Source: Bigelowiella natans CCMP2755
Taxonomy: Eukaryota > Protista > Cercozoa
NCBI GenBank assembly: GCA_000320545.1
Contig: ADNK01000782.1
Coordinates: 1-40,947 of the forward strand
Reading direction: 5' to 3'
DNA: 40,947 nucleotides
The notes under the pieces were generated by a model. It searched no databases and had not been told where the DNA came from. It saw only the letters and a list, made by a program, of their open reading frames with translations. Positions 1 to 13,484 of this stretch are shown here, piece by piece. Made by a program: the position numbers and the translations under genes. Position 1 is the stretch's first letter, and every line of letters starts with the position of its first letter.

Positions 1-2088
1 TTGTGTGTAGTAAGCAACAACATTCAGGGGTCTTTCCTTCTCTCCCATTTGGGCATGTCTCCCCCCGCAAGGGGTCGGGACTCACGCTCTTTCTCTTCTC
101 TGTCCTATCTCCTGTCGCCACCACACGCCCGCGGTTCCTCCATTCTCCCCCTGTTTCAAGATCCCCCCAATTTCTGGGGGTGGGGGGGGGGGGGAGGGGG
201 AGGAACAACTTACCTGTCGCATGAGTGTGTAAGCACATTGTAACATGATTCGTTGTTTATTTCTCTACTATCAGGACGTGTGTATATTCGCTGGGCGGAA
301 CTTGTCTCAGGGGGAGAATGGACTTCTCGCAAGCCCGTAGTGATGATAGGAGATAGGAAAGAAAAGAGAGAGAGAGAGAGAGAAAGACAGGGGGATGGGG
401 GAGAAAAGCCGTTTAAGGAGAGAAGAATAGGCTCTCCACCTTGACATCACTTCACACGTATGATGCCAAACTAATGAATGAATAGCGAGAGAATACTGCT
501 ACCCTGGACAACGACGATAAACTCTGAAATCTGCAACAACTCAAACCATCTTTGATTGCTAAATATACGACGTGACATGACGCCTTTCCCGCTTCTGAAT
601 GATTAACACAGATATGCGAAAGTTGTCCTGGAAGAGCATCATCATTCAAAGCATACCATAAGTCTCGGTCAACCATTATCCTATTATTACCCCCTGCCCC
701 CCCCCCACTGATTTGTTGTGTCTCGACGGAATCGCTATCTGTGCAGGGAAAACCGAAGTGATGACTGACGAACCGAACCCTCAATGGCGCCGGTGAGAAG
801 AAGAAGAAGAAGAAGAAGGGACGATGATGATAATCATGGCTATGATGATAATCATGGCTACCATGACGATATTGTCAATGGTTATTGATAATGATGATGT
901 TGTTGACGATGCTGCTTGCTGCTGCTAAAGATAGAAGAGAGAGTGATGCGTTGTTGTATATCTGCTTCTTTGTCCTCTTGCAGCAAGACGGAGCCACCAG
1001 TCTACGGAGCCACATTCTTTGACCTTATGGTATCACTAAGACAACAATAACTGCAACAACAACAACAACAACAACAAACGTCGTATTATATGTACATATA
1101 TATGTGCAGAGGAGAAGAACGTTTACATCTCGCATTGATATTCAAGTACCCATTACGCCGCCCCCCGACCCCCACCCCTTCCCATAAAAATAGGTCTCAG
1201 GCTATGGGAAAGATTTTCCCGAGGTATGGAGAATTTTTATTCTCGAGCGGAGATAATGCATAGCATAGGATATGATAGGCCCCGTTAGCCAAATCCACAC
1301 AGTCACTATCTCAGTTAGATTTGCTCTCTGTGCTCATGTGTGTGTTGTGGTAACACGCAGATCTGTATTGATGTGCGGGACAAGCATAAGGATCGCTGCA
1401 TGGGTAGTAGCAGTAGTAGTAGTAGTAGTAGAAGTAGAAGAAGAAGAAGAAGAAGTCCTTGGTAGAACTGGTGTAGTCTGCAAATATTTGGGCTGTTGTA
1501 ACAGTGAGTGGTAAGCAAGTAAGTATCTACTTGCTGCAGAAGAAGAAGAAGAAGAAGAAGAAGAAGAAGAAGAAGAAGACGACGAGATCAGACGCGGAGA
1601 CATAATAATATGAACGACGTGCAAAGCAGCGGCCATAGTTTGGGGGAGGGAGGAAAAACCCCGTAGAACGATGCCTTTTTTGGTGATTATATTGTACTTA
1701 TTTGAAGTTGGAACCTTTCCATCATCATCATCATCATCATCCTCAATATCTTCTGATCTACGATGCGACGACAGGCTGTGTAAGGTTCAATCTGGCCCAC
1801 TTTACTAACCCCCGAAACAACGACCGTGACAAGATTTACAAGGTCGATTGCCGCTGGGTTCATATGCTTTAAGCAGAGAACGATAGAGTGAGGAGGGGGA
1901 AGAGATAGGGGGGGAGAAAGAAGCATCATTAAGCGAACATTTATCTCTGCATATCACATAACTTTTCTCTTTCTCCTTTCTTTTCTTTTCTCCTCCTCCT
2001 CCTCCCACAGGTTCAGTCGCTGCGGTGGCATTCCTTGAAGTAAGCGTTAATCACAATTATAAAACCCCCTGTGATCATGATGATGATC

Positions 2089-2124
<36 letters not shown>

Positions 2125-2269
2125 GTAATATCGTAGTATTTTCGCGGTGCTTGGCAAAATCCGTATAATCGCCATTACTCATCATCATCACCATCAAAAT
2201 GATTATTTTCTCCTCCTTTCGCACATCGTCGTCAACTAAAGGAAACGACAATGATGATGAGAAGAATGA

Positions 2270-2308
<39 letters not shown>

Positions 2309-2410
2309 CAACTATACACGATGATGGTGTGTATTAGGAGGGAAATCGAACCGTCCTCTAGATCTAAAATCTTTCAGATGCTGCCTCCTCCAGGTAACTC
2401 TTTTTGTCCT
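1..2410 (-). CDS. Possible multi-exon gene of unknown product running off the window start; structure unresolved
   Basis: Minus-strand exon-like segments with GT donors (e.g. an open frame ...SAQRIYTRPDSREINNESCYNVLTHSCDR ending at 214 before gtaagt; donor near 439; segment 2320-2410 GQKRVTWRRQHLKDFRSRGRFDFPP). No recognisable domain, and I could not build one consistent frame. Confidence 0.25.
31..431. repeat. Degenerate long inverted repeat (arms ~31-153 and ~308-431)
   Basis: 139-153 TCCATTCTCCCCCTG is the exact reverse complement of 308-322, and 103-113 of 348-358. Ungapped alignment of 87-153 with the reverse complement of 308-374 gives about 51/67 identities by hand. Weaker colinear match continues over 31-65 vs 397-431. 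Confidence 0.75.
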
Positions 2411-2475
2411 TCAATTTTGTAGTAATAAAAGATAGTAGTAGTAGTCTTCGTTGTGTCGTCATCGTCATCTTAATT

Positions 2476-2508
<33 letters not shown>

Positions 2509-2513
2509 TCATC

Positions 2514-3025
2514 ATGGCCTTCTCGAGAGAACTGGATGAGGAAATAGAAGGAATCTCAAATGAAGAAATTCTATTGTTGCTGTACCATCGATCCATAATC
2601 ACGACAAGCCAGGATTTTTGTATTCCTTCCTGGACACGCGACAACCAAACCTTGTCTTCCTGCCATATACGTTTATTGAAGAAGCAATGCTGTTTGTTGG
2701 CTGGCATCAGATTCGTCGTCGATGATTGCATCATCGTCTTCTTCTTCTTCTTCTTCTTCTCTCGGGGAGGTGAAAGTGAAGGTGGAAATGGTGTACGTGA
2801 CTACTTGCGGAGAAGCTGGCGACAGCAGCAGCAACGACCTTGAAGAGGAAGAAATTGATGATCAGGATGATGGTACAGCATTGATAGCGGCAGCAAAAGC
2901 AGGACAACATCAAGTAAATTTGTGATATAGTTGATTTCTTTTGTGCTGTAGTAAGTAGTCGAGAGACTATCATGAATTGCCTTCTACTCCATATTCACGC
3001 ACAAAAGTACGATTTCGATATATAT

Positions 3026-3108
<83 letters not shown>

Positions 3109-3498
3109 GAGCATTTTTGTGAAGTTTTCTCGGCGAATATCTATCCTGCTCCACGACCTGAAAGCGTCATCGTCAGCGCTATGTTATTTGTCATCTCATA
3201 TGTTGAAGTGTTGCTGATGGTAAGTGCACCCTTGATATGCCAGAAATTTGCTGAGGAATCACGGAAGATTCTAGGTCGTCGTCCCTTCTGAAAATCAACC
3301 CCCCGCAACAAAAGCAACAACACTCGAAATCACCCACGCAACCACGCACTTATACGAGTGAGCATGCTCCCTGTCTCGTCGAGTCCATCACTGGAATCAT
3401 CATCATCATCATCATCCTCATTATCTCATGAGCAGGAGCATCCTCATTTCCAGCAGCAGAGCATTTCACCCTGATGCTCACACACCCGTCGTTGTCGC

Positions 3499-3531
<33 letters not shown>

Positions 3532-4217
3532 CGTTGTCATCAAATCGTGGTCGGTCGTCGCTCAGGCTACGGTGAAGCACGCTTCGGTAGAGTTAAGCAT
3601 CGATTAGAATGCACGTCATCCGGAAGGGTGAGGAAGACGCATAGGCGAAGAGTCTCGAGAGGCGGTGTTCGTCGAGTGTCACTAGGTGGAGGATTAGGAG
3701 GAGGAGGAGGAGGAGGAGGAGGAGACGAAGAGAAAATCGGAAATGATGATGGGTACTATTACGTTCCTTACGTCGTTGCGTAGCGAATTCCTTGCTGTCT
3801 ATCTTCTTAGAGACACCAATCCACCAAATAATAATGTAAGGAATAACACACATTCATTCAGTACTCTGCCCCCCCCCCCCCCCCCTTTTGCTGTCGTCGC
3901 CCCAAATGGGACCTCCTCCTCCTCTCCCTCTCATCATCAGATGCTACTGCGAATACGGACGAGTGAGGGTAGGCGGTTGCACTGTCGAGGTCCTATTTGC
4001 ACCGTAAACGATGCTGCTGCTCTAAGAATGCTGATGCCCTTCTATCTCTTCTCTCGCTCACTTGTTGCACGGGTGATCGATCAGGTGACGGCGACAACTG
4101 GGGGGGAAAGCAATGGTGCCGGCAAAGCAAAGAGTAGCAGTAGTAGTCAGACGGGGGATGCGGCCGTAGAAATGGTACAGAGCGTGAGGAATGTTATGTT
4201 TACGAATGAATATGTAT

Positions 4218-4282
<65 letters not shown>

Positions 4283-4556
4283 CTAACGTTAGTACATATA
4301 TAGCAGCAGCAGAAACCACGAGCTGCGATGATAGTCGTTGGAACACTATATTCAATTAACTTATCGTAAACATCATGACCAACTCCTCCTCCTACTCCTA
4401 TCCCTCATCATCATCATCATCATCACCTCTTCAGGATTTGATAAACAAAGAGATTCAAGGAAGAATCAGTGGGCGATTGCGTCTTGTCAGATTTCCCCGC
4501 GAGGAGGCCAGATTTTGGGTAAGGATATTTTTCTGTAACAACATGCATGCATACTC

Positions 4557-4608
<52 letters not shown>

Positions 4609-5772
4609 TTTGATATATAAGCGGCGGTATATTTGGCATCTTCAACATGTGAATTAGATGCGACCAAGTGCCACTTGAAGTTGTTTTATCGACTCTTTTT
4701 TTTTCCCGGGGGCCCCCCCCCCCCCCCCCCCCGCCTCCTCCCCTCTTCTCAGCGGACTTCAATTCATGAACACGGTGAGCGAAGTCATCATACTTCAGAA
4801 TTAAATAGATCCGCGCTTTGCTACTGACACACCTTGTTATATATGAGCGTGTGTTTGTGTGTGTGTGTGTGTGTGTGCAGAAGATGCAACGATAACATCT
4901 TCATTCGACACCAGTCCTTAATCATCAAACGTGATTGCTATGATTATCACTGTTTCACACACTATTGCTACTATTGTGACTACCACAGCCCTCCTGGACG
5001 CCACCAAGGCGTCTAATGTCAGGATGATGCAAAGGTAATAAATACGACACCTAAGTGTGATATATTCTACGCAGCAGCAGCATTCTAAGGCAGGTAGGGC
5101 AAGTACTCGCCGAGGAAGGAACACGAAGAGGAGGAGAAAGATGAAGAAGAAAAAGAAATAGATATTCAAAAATGAATGAAAAGGAGAGAAGGGGAGAGAG
5201 GGAGAATGGATTGATGATAACTATCTTGGTCTCATTATATCAAATTACACACACCTCGCACGCTTGTATGTGCGCCGTCGTCATCCTTCGTTTTGAAGGT
5301 ATTTAAAGGTGCTAAAGGTGGATCCAGATACGCCGACGACTCGTTACAAGTACGCCTCTCCCCTCACGGTTGGTGTATTATTATTATACCTACACAGTAA
5401 ACAACATATGTAGAGTGATGTGATCATGGCGAGAGCCTGGGCTTAAGAAGAGCTTTTTCGAACAACTGCAAAAACATACACTTCCTGAACGCCGATTGCA
5501 CGCGAAATACTGATGTATGATGCATGCTGTCATTTACCGACAAGAAGCAATCGCCAGTGTATATTTGATCGCGTATTTTCAACACAGTGTGTGTTTGTGT
5601 GTGTGTCCAGATATCCGTATTAAGCGGCAACGTGGATGCGACACATCAGCTATTGAAGGCCAAGGCCAGCGTGAATATGGTGAGATAGATGCTGCACCAT
5701 ACTGCTACATCATCTACGTCTTCGCATTGCCTTCTCTTGACCCATTCCTTTCCTCTCTTTTCTCTCGCATCC

Positions 5773-5814
<42 letters not shown>

Positions 5815-6165
5815 GCTGATAGAAGTGGGCTGACGGTGTTGATGAAAGCTGCGAGGCAGAGATCGACAACTCCTTCATTGGTGGCAGCGAATATTACACG
5901 ATAAATATCTACGCTCCCCCCCCCCTCCCCCCCCACCTGAATCATCACATACTCCATAATGTCTTTTTCTCATCATCAGATAAAACTTCTACTGATGAAA
6001 AAAGCAGATCCGGAGTTGGAAGACGCGGTCGTATATTCCTCTTTCTCACCACGATTGAGCAGGATGAAAATAGATTATCATCATCATCATCATCGTTAGC
6101 ACCATTCTTACACGTTAGCAGTGAAGTATCAAGAAGACTCACAACTAAATGGATGTATCATCTGC

Positions 6166-6205
<40 letters not shown>

Positions 6206-6615
6206 CTCTCTCTCCATTGCTGGATCGATCAGCATGGACACACAGCCTGGGACCTTGCGTGTGAGGATTTGCAAAAATACCTGCCTAGAGGAGGAAGTGG
6301 TCCGACTTTACGAGGAAGGAGGCCGAGGGATAGGTCGACTAATGATGATGATGATGATGATGATGATAACTACAATGATAATGATGGTGGTGATGACTAT
6401 GATGACGAGAATAACAATGATGATAATCGGAACTTACCTTATCATTTACCCCCTTCTCTCCTTTTCAAACTTGCTCTGACCCATCATCCTCATCATCGTC
6501 TTTTTTGTCATTGTCGTTGTTATCAATATTCCGTCATATATTCCCATGTAGGATGGATCAGATTCATCTCGCCGCGAAATTCTTAGAGTTGGCGGTCGAC
6601 AAGCCTGAAGAATAA
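2514..6615 (+). CDS. Ankyrin-repeat protein (multi-exon; ends approximate)
   Basis: Spliced exons give ankyrin-like units [16 protein letters not shown] (~2865-2913), [59 protein letters not shown] (5355-5853) and [11 protein letters not shown] (~6226-6260). Several internal junctions are unresolved. Confidence 0.7.
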
Positions 6616-7313
6616 GGGTGAAACTTGCCATCTGTTCCTGATAATGGCCATACTTCATTGGGGCTTCAATGGCTTTATTACAATATTTTTTCGAAGTGGT
6701 CATCCTAATGTAGCTATAAAATGTAATTTATGCAATTTATTGTGTAGTTAATTTATAACTTTGCTAGCGCCGATTGTCAAGAGAATTATTTAGGCTAATC
6801 GATCTACACACGCTCAACTGCGCTCTACTACAAACTAGAGGCGAGCAAGTTATCTATTAATATATGTTCCGACACCATTGAAAAGATTTAAATTATTCAT
6901 TACATTCGTCTCACATATTCCTACACAAAGCGTGCTGTGTAGACATCTAGACGTACGCGCGACATGTCCAGACAATTTTCATATTTTATTCCATGAGCAA
7001 AGCCTCGAGTGCAGCACGCATAGCATTTTCGCCTATTGTTGCATGTGCGAGCTGTTTAATGTATACACGCCGTCGCTTTGCATAGCTACATTAGAATGAG
7101 CATTGAAAATTTGTACTTGTTTCATTACTTCCGTGTCATATATATTCGCAGCTATATGTATTTTTTTCATTACCGCTGTACGTTCGCATTGACAATAGAC
7201 AAATTGTCACGATATGCATGCTGCTAGCTACCAGCTGATGTATACATACACGATGATTCAAATGTTGACGACACATTGATCCGTTCCACTACGGAGAAAG
7301 GGAAACAATGAAA

Positions 7314-7351
<38 letters not shown>

Positions 7352-7474
7352 AGAAAAAAAAGGCTAAACTTGATTCCGCTAATATATTTCTTTGACGACG
7401 ACGATGATGACGACAACAGCCGCCATTTGATTACGCCGCTACGAATAAGCAAGCAGCGGTTGGGCGAGTCATTA

Positions 7475-8316
7475 TCAACCGAAGACGGATCTATCTCGAA
7501 CGAGATCTGTCGTTGCACGTGGAGCCGACTCCTGTCGCTTCAGGATTCCCCGGATGTCAGTCAATTCTGCGAGGAAAAAAAGCATGTTCTCACGTAATGA
7601 AATCATCCTCGGCATCATTCTCTGTTGTGACTTCGGTCAGAGCGGAATAAGGGACTGACAATTCTATATGAATAAACCTGAAGGCTACTACTATCTATCT
7701 CTTGTGTTTAGTTCGTCGTAATTATCTGCTATTTACCAAGATGGATCACACAGAGGGCTGAGCACATGGCCGCCCCAGCTCGCACAGGTACAGGAAGCTA
7801 ACAGTGATGACGATGATGATGATGATGATAATGATGACAGTCAGAAAGTAGGAGGGGGGAGAGTGGATAAAGCGGTAAAGGGAGGCAACGACAGTAGAGA
7901 TAGAACAATCGGATGAGGGGACGTATATCTACTAGCGACAACAACAAGGCTAAAAAGGCGAGGAAGGTGAAACAGCCTATGGATGGAATACATGACTGAC
8001 TGACTGACTGACTGACCCCTTTGAAGAACCCTAGTTTGGATCCAGCCGTTATTATATCCATCGTCACTTTAACGAACTTAACACGAGCGCGGTGGACCTA
8101 TTATGCGCGACGGCAAAGGGGAGGAAATGAATGAGCAGGATGGGAGGAAGGAGGAGAGTAGGTAGCGGTGCTTAGAGGGAGACATCAATATCGTTATCAT
8201 CATCGTTTTTCTTGTCAATCGTCGAGATGCAAGTAGTAGCAGCATCAGGTGCTCGAATCAGGCACAACAGCTGTTGCATGTATGCATGCACGTCCGTCTC
8301 TCTCTCGCTCTCTCTT

Positions 8317-8353
<37 letters not shown>

Positions 8354-9060
8354 TCTACATTATGACCTGTGCTTTGAGAATTTCGTGTTGCACTTCATCT
8401 AACGAGGCTTTTACCTCGTGCAGATTCTCCTCGCTCTGATGATGATTAATGATGGATGGCGATGATGACAATGATGATTACGGCGGTGGCAGAAAGCCAT
8501 AAATAGTAAATACACCATCTGTTATATAACAAAATGGCCGGCTAAGAGCAATCACTATGTGCGTAACCTCTCCTATGAGTAGAGAGAATCTTGCTCATAT
8601 ACTACTACTACCACTACTACTCCTACCTCCTCTTCAATGTTTTCTAACTTTGCCGGGATGGTGCTTATGCTCTTCGCGACGACATCTTTCTCGTCCTCCT
8701 CACTTCGGCCCTGTTGTGTCGGTAGCATTTATTCTTAAGAGAGATGAACGTAGTAGTAGTGGTAGTTGTAGTAGTAGTAGAGTTGTTATTGCTGGCTAAC
8801 TAACACACTGGTGGTGCAATCGATATGAACGATTCTCAACGACTACTGTTCGGACGCTATTTCTTAAGACTTGCCCTGTAGTAGCTACCTCTTCTTTCAA
8901 AGCGTCCTTGATTTTAGAAGATATGTCCTTCGCCTTTTTCTTCGCGTATCCGAGGAATAAGATGAAATATTCCTGCATATTGCATGCATTATCGTTTGGT
9001 GAATACATTGGTGGCTTATATATCGGCGCTGATATTGTCGATATCACAGCGCACAAGTAC

Positions 9061-9106
<46 letters not shown>

Positions 9107-10654
9107 CTCCCCCCCTCAATTTTCGTGAGCGAAACAGAGGACAGACAAATCGAAGGTAGGTTGAAAGACAGGTGTAGCTCTCAATTTTCATCAAGCAGAT
9201 AGCGACAACGACGAGATGAATCTTGTTATTGTTTCGCATCTTTCGCACATACATGCGTTATCTTCTCCGATGTCATAAACCAGTCCAAAACGCAGGCCAA
9301 GAAGTACAGCGTGTTATTCAGATTCCTTGTGGGTTCGGCGTAGGAGAAAGAACACACGCACGCACACACACACAAACACACACACACACACACACACCAT
9401 AACCGTCTTTCAAGTCGTGCAACTACTTTGTGTGCTAACTTTCTAAGGAGCTGCAGGAAGAGACGATATGATGGTGGTGGTGATGATGATGATGAAGAAG
9501 AAGAATCGAGCAGATCAATAATGACTTGCGGTGGCTCTTAGGTTTTATTACCTTAGTGCAAGGACAATGCCCTCTGGTGTCCTGGTTTGTTCCGAGGCCC
9601 AAACTAAGTTCTAATCAAACAGCAGCCATTCGTAGGTAGGTAGGTGGTGGGAGGAGCAGCAGCAAATGATGACAGGGAAAAAGAGAGTGCAATAGAGAGG
9701 AAGGAAGTCAGAATCAGCAATGGGGAGAGTGAAGCACATTCACGCGACATGCATATATCGAGGAACTAGTGTCGTTACGCTGTGGTAGCCTTTTAAATAT
9801 TTGTTACTCATCTCTAGACAATAACTCCGGTGAGTCATCACTCATCACCACCCACACAATGACTACTATACTAGGCCCGAAAGCAACACCTCGCATAGGT
9901 CGCTTGAAGCCTTGATGCACAACAGCAGCAACTTGAGCAAGCTACTTGCAGACATCTAGGGAAGAAGAACGCAGTGGGACATAAGGTTATTTTTCACTTT
10001 TAAGATAAAAAGCTTCGATCAGCGCATAGGGGGGGGGGGGGGGGGTATGATACCAGCTAGCTAATCCCAAATTAACGATTCATCTCTACAGTTGCTCTTA
10101 TCATCGTTATCATCGTACCTTGACGTTTAGCCAGTGATTTATGAGCGGAAGCCAGACGTATGTGAACCTGCCTAGACGCATCACCTGCAAGAAGGGGGAG
10201 GGGCAACACGAACAGCAAAATGAAAAGAGGAAAAACCTGTTTGATGAAACGAATCTGCTTTGTGCTATTACTACTACTACTACTACTACTACTACTACCA
10301 CTACTACTACCGATCTTCCTTTACTGAGCGTCGTTGAAACCTCCTCGATCAGTTTGATTCTCTCAGGTTTCATGTGAAACTGTAAAATAGCATCGAGTAA
10401 GTGCGTACATCGATAATAGTGGGCTGGTCCTCCCCTTCCACTCACCTAGTAATCTAACTGAGCGCATTGCATCTCACAATACGAGCAGACAAGCATGACA
10501 CGGGACCGAACAGCTGCATTATTACCGATTTGATTTTGAGCGTCCAGGCCACCATGCGGGAGAAGTACTGAGCGAGTTTGGTGCACTTGTCACGGCCCTC
10601 GATGCGGTTTAGCAGCATCACTAGGGTCTTCAAACTCTTAAGAAGGTCTGTCAT
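7475..10654 (-). CDS. PEX11: Peroxisomal biogenesis factor 11 family protein
   Basis: N-terminus MTDLLKSLKTLVMLLNRIEGRDKCTKLAQYFSR matches the PEX11 GRDK..+..QY..R motif. It continues with ...STTLSKGRSVMRLGRF (amphipathic-helix motif) and a C-terminal hydrophobic segment AGAAMCSALCVIHL. Last exon follows the acceptor tttttttcctcgcag and ends RSVFG-stop at 7475. Confidence 0.85.
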
Positions 10655-10849
10655 CCTGCTCTTTTGGTTATTGTATATTTGCGCCCCCCTCGTGTATCAA
10701 ACGAAGTCTAAGAAACCAAAATGTGTGTGATATGCATCGTATTTATTTGTTTGTAACACACGGCGGATGTGCAAGCGGCATTAAACGCGTGTGCCCAAGG
10801 CGGTGTATAAGCAAATCAAAGTGTGCGCTCTCAGATCGGGAGCCAATCT

Positions 10850-11847
10850 AGGTACCAGAGATGAATTAAAATTCAAGGTAGAGGAAGGGGTAGACATCGT
10901 GAAAGGTTGAAGAAAGCGCAGTTGCTTCTAACATCGACAAGGTAATGAGCTCATGCGCGCAGATGGACGATCTTGCTGTCACAATTTTGTACCGTCCACA
11001 TTATGTCAACAACGACGAAACAAAGAAGTAGAAGGTGGTAGGAAATGGAGAAACCTGCACGATATACGCGTTCTTCTCCTCCGTGTAGATGTTGTGCAGC
11101 GTGATGCTGGGCGGAGAGGGAGGAGGATGAGGAATCTGCAGTACTACTTTTTGCTGCTGCTGCTTCCGACTGGAAAAACACCTAAAAAACCCTTGTCGTA
11201 TGGCAAAAACCGCATTGTTCGGGACGCATTTTAGGGCGAAAAAGGCTCGTGGATGAGCGCAGCCGACAACCGAAACCACCTTTGTTTGTTGTCTTATTAT
11301 CTCAATAGGATGACGAGCGTTACGAAAATACACCTGTAATTTACGGGTGCGACATGGTACGATCTATGCCGCAGTAGGGAGACAGAGGAGGACGACTCCA
11401 CGTGCCGAACGGAAATCTGCTGGAGCACTCGAGTCCTGCCGGGGGGGGACACGCCCGTTGCACATGCGGACGTGGTGGACATCAGGTTGGGTGCTTGTCA
11501 CACCGCCCCACTGCAGTCGGGAAATACTTGCGATCATCTTCTCTTCTCGAGTACATAGCTGACACTCATACAACTTCGGGGTTCTGTGATGATCCTTCGC
11601 CCGCGCTTGTTGGGAGTGGCTGCTGGCCTTTTCATGCTGCTGCAAGTTACCGTGCTAATCACCCTGTCTCTGGTCAGTCATCGATACTGCTCAAATCATG
11701 CGATTGCATTCTCTTATTGTTCGCAATCATTGTAGAAGGACGGGGAGGAGCATAGCTCCACACAACAGTACAATCCAAAATTACAGGACCACCGCAACGG
11801 AAAGCAGCAGCTTCTTTCCCTACCGAGTCAACGATCTCACTCGAAGG
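10850..11847 (+). CDS. Unassigned exon-like segments (upstream exons of the PRP4-like gene or a separate small gene)
   Basis: AG/GT-bounded open segments such as 11378-11485 (ETEEDDSTCRTEICWSTRVLPGGDTPVAHADVVDIR) and 11736-11847 (KDGEEHSSTTVQSKITGPPQ...). No recognisable domain. Confidence 0.2.
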
Positions 11848-11900
11848 TAGTCCCACCACCACCTGCTATATTATCTTGGTAAAAAATACGTAGGGATCTA

Positions 11901-11942
<42 letters not shown>

Positions 11943-11995
11943 CTACTTGAATTCACCACCAGCGACGGCAAGCTCCTCCCACATCAGCATCATCT

Positions 11996-12606
11996 ATGGT
12001 AGAAGCCACAGCAGGAAAGCGTCAAAGGATAAATAGAAAGTATCCACCTTCAAGAAGGAGAGAGGATTCTCGAGATCGAACTCGTAGTAGGAGTAGTAGT
12101 AGGAGGAGGAGGGGGGCGATGAGAAGGAGGACATGGCGAGCTCAGAGGAGTAGAACCCGGAGGACAAAAGATGATAGGAGTGTAAGCGAAAAAAGAAGAA
12201 GGAGGAGGAGATGTGCTCCTCGTCGTCATGAACACCATAATTCATTGGCAGACCGCTCTGCTGTTGAATCAAATGCTCGTACTACTGCTGTTGAGGCAGC
12301 AAAATCTGCTCCACGAGGAGAGCGGCCCAAGAAGGCTAAGAACGAGCATAAACAGGACGCAGAGACGATAGCAAATACTGCCGCTAGACGACGAAATAAC
12401 TCTCCTAGCTCATGTTGTTGTGACGCCAGTGGCGATGAGGAAGAGGAGGAGGAGGAGGAATTTAATGTGAAGGATATGCTGCAACGGCATGCTACATCCA
12501 CAGACACGGCAGTCCTTAGGGGTAAGATGATCAGCTTGTGAAAAGAACATGAACTGGCAATGGTGGTGGGGCATTTGTGCGGGAAGAGGAGGGGAAAAGG
12601 AGAGAA

Positions 12607-12647
<41 letters not shown>

Positions 12648-13453
12648 ACAGTCATCGTGCAAGTTCCGAACTGAATGGTTATCGTTCCACCTTCGTGAGT
12701 ACTAAAGTTGATAGCAATATTAATCATCTGCTACTCAGAGAAAAGGCAGCAACGCTGGCAGAGATTCGACGAGGAATACCTAGCCAACAATCAGGAGGAG
12801 ATAAACAGACAAGAGCAAGAGCAAGCCACCTACAGTAAAAAACAAATAGTGGGATGATAATTTAAGAGAGGGGGGAAGGAAATGGAGGCGGAGAACACAG
12901 AGGGGGCAAGAGAGAGACAGAGGGGGGGGGGGGGGGGAGGGAGGAAACGAGAGATAAATAATATAGATGTACTTGTCATTGGAGGGAACAACAGATAAAT
13001 CATATATACTTACCATTTTTTCTCTTGTTACAAATATTGGCGACACCACAGTGAGTCGTCTCAAGGAGCTGCGTAAGGAAAAAAGCTTGGCAGAACGTCT
13101 CCAAGAGCGGTTGCAGCTTAAGTTGCAGGAGAGGCTGAAGGAAGGAGATATGTTTGACCCATCGGTGTTACAACAACAACAACAACAACAACAGCAACCT
13201 CTCGTCAACGAGACAGAGCAGCAAAACAATTTGGATGAAGTCCTCAAGGATGTGGATATGTTTGGTACCGAATTTGATAAGGTACAAGGAGGAAAAATGA
13301 AAAGAGAAGAAAGGAGCGTAGAAGTGATGATATGGTGGTGGTGGTGGTGGTGTTCTGTTAAATGATATTGACGGGACGCTGCGATCGATGCTCTATGGAT
13401 GAACTGCTTGATGCTGTGTGCTTACTTACTGCTGCTGACACCACCTTGCGAAC

Positions 13454-13484
<31 letters not shown>

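Noticed and set aside
176-203. Poly-G/C runs here and elsewhere as functional G-quadruplexes
   Set aside because: They are part of the general simple-repeat load, with no positional pattern I can support.
3202-3225. Ankyrin-like VEVLLM followed by a strong gtaagt donor, suggesting a non-canonical acceptor
   Set aside because: No in-phase AG acceptor found and the match is only 6 aa; cannot be distinguished from chance without transcripts.
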